This document shows positions 58,561-64,000 of a stretch of DNA of 64,000 bases, piece by piece. Each line of letters begins with the position of its first letter. Positions within the stretch are counted from its first letter, which is position 1. Made by a program: the position numbers and the translations under genes. The notes under the pieces were generated by a model. That model was given only the letters and a program-made list of their open reading frames with translations, did no database searches and was not told the origin of the DNA. Source of the stretch: an uncultured Bacteroidales bacterium (GTDB lineage Bacteria; Bacteroidota; Bacteroidia; Bacteroidales; Bacteroidaceae); NCBI GenBank assembly GCA_937876995.1, contig CALEFD010000019.1, positions 7,858 to 71,857 on the forward strand. Direction: 5' to 3'.

Positions 58561-60216
58561 ATGTATCACATTGTAAGATTATTTTTAGTAGTAACTATAT
58601 CATCTGTTCTATTGACAGGTTGCAACAGCAATACCAAAGAGCTGTTGCAATCTGCAGAACAACTAATGAGCAGTAGGCCGGATTCTGCCCTAACCATTTT
58701 ACAAAACGTAGATACCGCCAATATAACAAAGCAAAAAGAACAAGCACTTTTTGCCTTACTCTATTCGCAAGCATTAGACAAAAATAACATCAATGTGAAA
58801 GAACGTACCACTATTCAAACAGCTGTAAACTATTACAGTAATCATGGTTCCAAATGCCATAGAATGTTGGCATACTACTATATGGCACGTATTGAACAAC
58901 ACAATAAATCCTATTCTGATGCCATACTTTACCTGGTTAAGGCAGAGAATATAGGTTTAAAGTTAAAAGACCATTTCTATTTAGGGCTTATTTATCGTTC
59001 CTTTTTCGAGATTCTTTATAATGTACATAATTCGGTGGAATCCCTACACTATGCAACATTACAACATGAGGAGTTCAAAAAAACCGGGAAAGAGGCATAT
59101 ATAAATTGGGCATTGAAAGATATTGCAGTAGCTCATTGTGGCGCACAAGACTACAACACCGCCTTAAAGATTTGCCAGGAAGTTATTGACACTGAATTAT
59201 CTAAAAAGCATCCGGACAAATATTTATTGGAAGATACTTACAAGATGCAGGCAATCTGCTATTTTGCAACTAAAGAATATAAAAAAACAATAGAACTTTA
59301 TAACAAAATCACACGTAATAATGCTAAAGCCATGGATGTAGTTTCATATAGAAACCTGGGATTAGCATACATCAGAAGCGGACAAACAGATAGTGCACTA
59401 TACTATATGGATATTGTTAGCAAGTTAGACAGCACCGACCTTTGGCTAAATTACGAAATACACAACTATTTAGGCAACACCGAAGAAGCATTAGCTGCTT
59501 TAAAAATTATAGAAAGATCCTCAAACAACATTATTGAAGAAGTACTAACACAAAATGCCAGCGCTACACTTGTAAAGCAGAAAGAACTTGAAAACATAAG
59601 CCAAGATAAAGAGCAAAGATACAAAACATTAGGTTTTATCTTTATAACTGCGACTATAATCGTTGTATTTACATTGATTTATATTACCTATAAACAAAGG
59701 CTTAAGGCACAAAAGCAAGAAACAGAGAAATATATGCTGACAGTATCTAACTTACTAAACACATTAGAAAATAAAAATATTGAAAACTACAATCTTCAAG
59801 AAGCTAACATCAGGCTGTTTAAGGAACGTTTCAATGAACTGGATTCACTTTGTAATAGGTACTATGAATTATCAGAAAGAGAAACAGAAGAAGCAAAAAA
59901 GGAAAAGATATATCGCAGTGTAAAAAGACAGATTAGTAATTTAACAACAGATTCCAAAACAATAAAAGAGTTAGAAAATAACGTAAACTATTTCAAGAAT
60001 AATCTGATGATAAAATTCAGAGAAGAAGTCACCAATTTGAGTGAAGAAGATTGCACCCTATTCCTGTTATTGGTTTCAGGTTTCTCTACACGTGCTATCA
60101 GTATTCTTATAAACAAAGAAGTAAGAATTGTATATAAGAGAAAATCACGTTTAAAAGAGAATATAAACAAAATTTCAACACCAAACAAGCAACTATTTCT
60201 AAAGCACATTATTTAA
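58561..60216 (+). CDS. Membrane-spanning one-component regulator: lipoprotein signal, TPR-like sensor region, one TM helix, coiled coil, LuxR-type HTH
   Basis: 551 aa. Lipobox VLLTGC. A helical-repeat region (~aa 25-340) rich in Y/A/L pairs. TM helix LGFIFITATIIVVFTLIYITY. Lys/Glu-rich coiled coil. C-terminal LSEEDCTLFLLLVSGFSTRAISILINKEVRIVYKRKSRLKE resembles a LuxR/FixJ-type HTH. Confidence 0.55.
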   Translation: MYHIVRLFLVVTISSVLLTGCNSNTKELLQSAEQLMSSRPDSALTILQNVDTANITKQKEQALFALLYSQALDKNNINVKERTTIQTAVNYYSNHGSKCHRMLAYYYMARIEQHNKSYSDAILYLVKAENIGLKLKDHFYLGLIYRSFFEILYNVHNSVESLHYATLQHEEFKKTGKEAYINWALKDIAVAHCGAQDYNTALKICQEVIDTELSKKHPDKYLLEDTYKMQAICYFATKEYKKTIELYNKITRNNAKAMDVVSYRNLGLAYIRSGQTDSALYYMDIVSKLDSTDLWLNYEIHNYLGNTEEALAALKIIERSSNNIIEEVLTQNASATLVKQKELENISQDKEQRYKTLGFIFITATIIVVFTLIYITYKQRLKAQKQETEKYMLTVSNLLNTLENKNIENYNLQEANIRLFKERFNELDSLCNRYYELSERETEEAKKEKIYRSVKRQISNLTTDSKTIKELENNVNYFKNNLMIKFREEVTNLSEEDCTLFLLLVSGFSTRAISILINKEVRIVYKRKSRLKENINKISTPNKQLFLKHII

Positions 60217-60238
60217 TTTATTACATATCAGCGTTTTA

Positions 60239-60248
60239 CCCCCCCCCC
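60239..60248. repeat. Homopolymeric C10 tract (intergenic)
   Basis: Ten consecutive C, counted directly from the sequence lines at 60181 and 60241. The tract lies 22 nt after the regulator stop codon. Confidence 0.95.
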
Positions 60249-60425
60249 GTGATATAACACTCTGATTATGAGCACATTACAACTTATGTCAGATTTTCAT
60301 TTCTGACATTGTTCATTTTTATACATATATTATTTTGATTATCAGTATATTAAACACATATTCAAATAAGGCTGCATGTCAGATAAAACTGAACAAAATT
60401 ATACATTGTTTCTTCCCTTACTATC

Positions 60426-60433
60426 TAATTTTG
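60426..60433 (+). promoter_or_regulatory. Candidate -7 promoter box (TAATTTTG), followed by an A10 tract in the leader
   Basis: TAnnTTTG match 30 nt upstream of ATG 60463. The A10 run at 60446-60455 lies between the box and the start codon. Confidence 0.45.
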
Positions 60434-60462
60434 CAATCAAAACCTAAAAAAAAAACAACAAA

Positions 60463-60831
60463 ATGATTATCGTTAAGAAACTATTAATTTGTTTAGTTGC
60501 TATTCTTCCGTTACAAATTACAGAAGTAAAAGCAGACGATGTAATAGGAGAACTAAAACCACCTGCAGATGGAAGTGGTAAAAAGCCAAAGTCATTAATC
60601 CCTGAATGGATAGGGTATTCTTACCATAATGGAGTACTAACATTAGATAGTACCATATATATAGAAGGTCTAAGAGTATCTATCACAAATGCTTCAACCG
60701 GATTTAATTACACGATTGTATTACAGAATATAACACAACCTATTAATATAGTACTTAATGGTGGTTTATATTCAATAGAGTGTGAAATAATGGACAATAT
60801 TGTTTATTATGGTGAATTAAACATAGAATAA
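60463..60831 (+). CDS. Small secreted beta-sandwich protein, DUF3244-like
   Basis: 122 aa. Signal peptide (…LQITEVKA/DD). Its size and pattern (YHNGVLTLDSTIYIEGLRVSITNASTG...YTIVLQN...GGLYSIECEI...YYGELNIE) resemble Bacteroidales DUF3244 proteins as I recall them. Confidence 0.4.
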   Translation: MIIVKKLLICLVAILPLQITEVKADDVIGELKPPADGSGKKPKSLIPEWIGYSYHNGVLTLDSTIYIEGLRVSITNASTGFNYTIVLQNITQPINIVLNGGLYSIECEIMDNIVYYGELNIE

Positions 60832-60839
60832 AAGCACTA

Positions 60840-62798
60840 ATGAGACGGCTCTGTTCATCATATAAACTGTTACCACTTGCTGCAATCCTGTTTTCGATGT
60901 TTTCCGGTTGCAGCCATAACCGCCTGTTACGTGAAAGCCTTACGCAGGCAGGCAGTAACCGTCCGGAGTTGGAACGTGTACTTGAACACTACGCCTCCCA
61001 TCCCGAAAAACTTGCAGCCGCACGTTTTCTCATAGAGAACATGCCTGCACATTATTCATACGCTGACAGTTCAGCCATTCATGAATACTACTCCATAGCT
61101 TTAAACGTACTACAATCCGATTTATCGCCTGTAGCACAACGTGATTCCTTATACAATCTTACCAACAGCCGTTTCTATGGTTTGGAATATAATACCATCA
61201 GCGACGTAAAGATAATCAAATCAGACTTTTTGATTAAAAGCATTGATCAGGCTTTCAAAGAGTGGAAAGAACGCCCTTGGGCTGCACATCTTACTTTCGA
61301 TGAATTCTGTGAATGGTTATTGCCCTACAAAGCAGTGGAACTGCAAGAACACGACCATTGGCGTGATACTCTGTCCACATACTTCACATGGGGACTGAAC
61401 AACATGGTTCACGATGATGACACATACGAAACCACCTACAATGCCGCAGGTACCATCCGTAATGAGATGAACTGGCGGCTTAAACCATACGGCGTTTACA
61501 CCGTAAAAGGATACTCCATGCTCAGTGCATCCACACTTATACGCCAAACCTACGGCAGCTGTGCCGACTATGTAAATACAGCAGTACTGACATATCGCAG
61601 TGTAGGCATACCCTCTGTTATAGACGAAACACCCTACTGGGGCCGTTATCGTGCAGGTCACTGCTGGTACACCGTACTGAATAACCGTGGAGAAGAACTG
61701 ACATCGGAATGGGATATATCATCCATGCTTGGCGGTTCATTCTTTATAGACAAACGCATACCTAAAGTCTATAGACATACATACGCCATAAACAGAGAAA
61801 GAGAAGAGTATCTGAAGAAGTCTGCATTTAAATTTCCGTTTGATGTTTGCCGAAAAGATATTACAGACAGCTATTTCAATACATCCGATATAGAGATTCC
61901 AATGCTTAAAGGCATACGCCTGAAAGAGAAATACTGCTACATAGCCACCTTTACCGGCCTTAACGAAGACTGGAGCATAGTAGATTTTGGCATAGTAAAA
62001 CGTGGAAAAGCCTGTTTTAAGAAGATGGGACGCAATGTAATGTATATAGCATTGGGCTTTGATGGCATAAATCTTATTCCAATATCCATACCCTTTATAC
62101 TGCATACCAACGGCAGTATAGAATACATAACACCCCAAACAGCAGAACTGCGTAGCGTAGAAGTACGCAGAAAATACTATCAGTCAAACAACGTAGCCAA
62201 GATGCGCAAACGCATTCAGGGTGGTATCATTCAAGGTTCTTCCACCCCTGACTTTAAACAGACAGACACTCTATACATCATATCATCCACCAATATCCCC
62301 GATAAGATACAGATAGAGACAACCAAACCATATCGCTACCTGCGGTACCTATCCCCTGCAGGCAGTTATGGCAGTATAGCGGAACTTGCATTCTTTGATG
62401 CTGATACCGTAAGAATAAACGGTACTGCAATAGGCAACAGCACAGACAAAGCAAATCTGCAACGTGCTTTCGACGATGATTGGCTAAGCAACTATGAGAC
62501 AGACGATGCCGATGATAATTGGGTAGGTATAGATTTCGGTACTCCTGTTAAGATAAACTATGTACGTATAGTACCACGCAGTGATGACAATGACATACAT
62601 CCGGGCGATGTTTATGAACTAAAGTACTGGAGTGAAAATAACCGTTGGGTATCCAGAGGATTGCAGACAGCAACCGATAACCGTTTGTACTATGACAGCA
62701 TACCAGGCGGTGCATTGATGTGGGTAAGCAACTACACTCGCGGATGGGATGAACGCCCCTTCCTTATAGATGAAGACGGCAGTGTAGAGTGGTGGTAG
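60840..62798 (+). CDS. Lipoprotein with a transglutaminase-like (papain-fold) core and a C-terminal F5/8 type C (discoidin) domain
   Basis: 652 aa. Lipobox MFSGC. YGSCADYVNTAVLTYRSVGIPS...GHCWYTV matches a transglutaminase-core Cys...His arrangement. The C-terminal YRYLRYLSPAGSYGSIAELAFFD...NWVGIDFGTPVKINYVRIVPRSDDN is discoidin-like. Confidence 0.65.
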   Translation: MRRLCSSYKLLPLAAILFSMFSGCSHNRLLRESLTQAGSNRPELERVLEHYASHPEKLAAARFLIENMPAHYSYADSSAIHEYYSIALNVLQSDLSPVAQRDSLYNLTNSRFYGLEYNTISDVKIIKSDFLIKSIDQAFKEWKERPWAAHLTFDEFCEWLLPYKAVELQEHDHWRDTLSTYFTWGLNNMVHDDDTYETTYNAAGTIRNEMNWRLKPYGVYTVKGYSMLSASTLIRQTYGSCADYVNTAVLTYRSVGIPSVIDETPYWGRYRAGHCWYTVLNNRGEELTSEWDISSMLGGSFFIDKRIPKVYRHTYAINREREEYLKKSAFKFPFDVCRKDITDSYFNTSDIEIPMLKGIRLKEKYCYIATFTGLNEDWSIVDFGIVKRGKACFKKMGRNVMYIALGFDGINLIPISIPFILHTNGSIEYITPQTAELRSVEVRRKYYQSNNVAKMRKRIQGGIIQGSSTPDFKQTDTLYIISSTNIPDKIQIETTKPYRYLRYLSPAGSYGSIAELAFFDADTVRINGTAIGNSTDKANLQRAFDDDWLSNYETDDADDNWVGIDFGTPVKINYVRIVPRSDDNDIHPGDVYELKYWSENNRWVSRGLQTATDNRLYYDSIPGGALMWVSNYTRGWDERPFLIDEDGSVEWW

Positions 62799-62871
62799 TT
62801 GATTATAAACAACTTGATAAAACAAGAAAACGATTATAAATAGAAATAACAATAAAATTAATTCAAAGGAA

Positions 62872-63681
62872 ATGAAAAAGAGAATTTTTAAGGCAATGTG
62901 GCTATCAGTGATGGCCGTTGCAGTGGTAACAGTATCAAGCTGTAGCAGTGACAGTGATTTCTTCGGCCTGGATGGTTTGGAAGATATGGATTATTTAAAT
63001 GCTGTAAATAGTTATAATAACTCCACATTCCTTGATTTAGACATTGATACTATAAAAGAATGGAGCACTATGAGTTTATCAATTCTTGACGAGGCAGAAG
63101 TGAGAATGGGGATATCATACGACAAAGATTTGAGACTATTTGCTAAAAATCAGTTGAGTGCTAGTGACTTGAATATTTCAAAAAAGCTATATGATGCGAT
63201 TTGGACTAATTATCAGTCACTTAATGTGAAATTTCACGAAAACAAAAATAATTTGCTTAGAAGTAAATCACGTAGTGTAGAAGGGGGGGGCGAAAATAAT
63301 TGTTTTGTTTTGTCTGCTAACGCTTGTACAGGTGTGCCAATTAGTCGTATTATTGCTCAATGTAACTATGAAGATCCTGGATGGCAATCACGTGGTGGAG
63401 TTGATTTAGGTCATGCCAGTTCTATATTAAGAAATATTGGTTTTCCTGTAACTACTTTGTATGATAGTAATGATATTCGAGACCGTTATGGTAATAATAC
63501 AGTTAGTATTAATGGCATTATGGTCTATTATACAGGACAATATCCAGGATATCATGCTGTACATGCTATACAATATGATGGATCTGGTGTGATTAACAAA
63601 GTAATATACAATGATCCGCAAAATGGAACAAGTAATAATTGGATGGCAGTGTATGCAATTGATTGTATGTTTGTAAGATAA
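62872..63681 (+). CDS. Lipoprotein with a putative C39-like papain-fold cysteine peptidase domain
   Basis: 269 aa. Lipobox VSSC. Candidate catalytic arrangement NNCFVLSANA (Cys) ... GYHAVHAIQYDG (His) ... VIYNDPQNG (Asp), in the order and spacing typical of C39-like peptidases. Contains a G8 tract. Confidence 0.4.
   Translation: MKKRIFKAMWLSVMAVAVVTVSSCSSDSDFFGLDGLEDMDYLNAVNSYNNSTFLDLDIDTIKEWSTMSLSILDEAEVRMGISYDKDLRLFAKNQLSASDLNISKKLYDAIWTNYQSLNVKFHENKNNLLRSKSRSVEGGGENNCFVLSANACTGVPISRIIAQCNYEDPGWQSRGGVDLGHASSILRNIGFPVTTLYDSNDIRDRYGNNTVSINGIMVYYTGQYPGYHAVHAIQYDGSGVINKVIYNDPQNGTSNNWMAVYAIDCMFVR
63283..63290 (+). repeat. Homopolymeric G8 tract inside the CDS
   Basis: gta gaa ggg ggg ggc gaa encodes V-E-G-G-G-E. 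Eight consecutive G, counted from the sequence line at 63241. Confidence 0.95.
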
Positions 63682-63698
63682 ACTGATTTTGATGTGTT

Positions 63699-64000
63699 AT
63701 GAAAAAGCATATTTTACTTATCTTATGCATGCTGTTAGTTTGCAGAATGTACTCCAAAGATGGAGTAACCTTCCAGATTGAAGAGCTTTCAAAGCCTACT
63801 GAATTGTTAAAAGAATACACTTTTAGAGATGCTTATGATGTGATTCTATATTCAATGGGTAGTATAGATTATGGTAAACGTGCAGAACAATCGGACTACA
63901 ATAATATACTATATCATAGCGTTGGTGATAGAAGCTTAGTATTAAACGACGATAATCCATTCTTCAATGGCATGCGCGAAGCATACGCTAACCATCGTCC
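63699..64000 (+). CDS. Hypothetical secreted protein, N-terminal fragment (continues beyond the window)
   Basis: ATG 63699 gives MKKHILLILCMLLVCRMYSKDGVTFQIEELSKP...NPFFNGMREAYANHR, open to the window end. Hydrophobic signal-like N-terminus. No family recognised. Confidence 0.45.
   Translation, partial: MKKHILLILCMLLVCRMYSKDGVTFQIEELSKPTELLKEYTFRDAYDVILYSMGSIDYGKRAEQSDYNNILYHSVGDRSLVLNDDNPFFNGMREAYANHR

Noticed and set aside
1-64000. Mobile elements, prophage, tRNA/rRNA genes, CRISPR arrays and toxin-antitoxin pairs
   Set aside because: No transposase, integrase or phage-like ORFs are present. No intergenic region is long or structured enough for a tRNA or rRNA. There are no short repeat-spacer arrays and no small adjacent ORF pairs with TA-like features.

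Overview
This window looks like a Bacteroidales (Bacteroides/Prevotella-like) chromosomal segment. The evidence is TAnnTTTG-type -7 promoter boxes, no Shine-Dalgarno dependence, many lipoproteins and a T9SS C-terminal sorting domain. I found no rRNA, tRNA, CRISPR array, transposase or integrase. Layout: (1) 1-7525 (+) is the 3' end of a surface-glycan biosynthesis operon: DegT aminotransferase fragment, ATP-grasp ligase, opine dehydrogenase, a DxHxxG cobalamin-domain fusion protein, a GT2, and a GT2-Stealth fusion. (2) 7596-32238 (-) is a roughly 24.6 kb, 13-gene type V pilus-like operon. It runs DUF3575 outer-membrane barrel, DUF5119 lipoprotein, ten tandem paralogous fimbrillin-family lipoproteins, and a terminal 3,796-aa beta-helix repeat protein with a T9SS C-terminal domain. 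This is my main candidate for the unusual system. (3) 32531-43551 holds envelope and LPS-related genes: Wzx-like flippase, SIS-only arabinose-5-P isomerase, PfkB kinase, two LTA-synthase/sulfatase-family membrane enzymes, an MsbA-like ABC exporter, an LpxL-type acyltransferase and purT. (4) 43558-58523 is housekeeping: RNase H1, argS, two rhomboids, an EEP protein, secDF, a secreted hypothetical, korAB-type 2-oxoacid:ferredoxin oxidoreductase and an M24 aminopeptidase. (5) 58561-64000 is an apparently accessory module. It has a lipoprotein-TPR-TM-LuxR-HTH regulator, a DUF3244-like small secreted protein, a transglutaminase/discoidin lipoprotein and a C39-like papain-fold lipoprotein. C10, A10 and G8 homopolymer tracts are concentrated here. 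All functional calls come from motif recognition by eye on the supplied translations; no database search was run.
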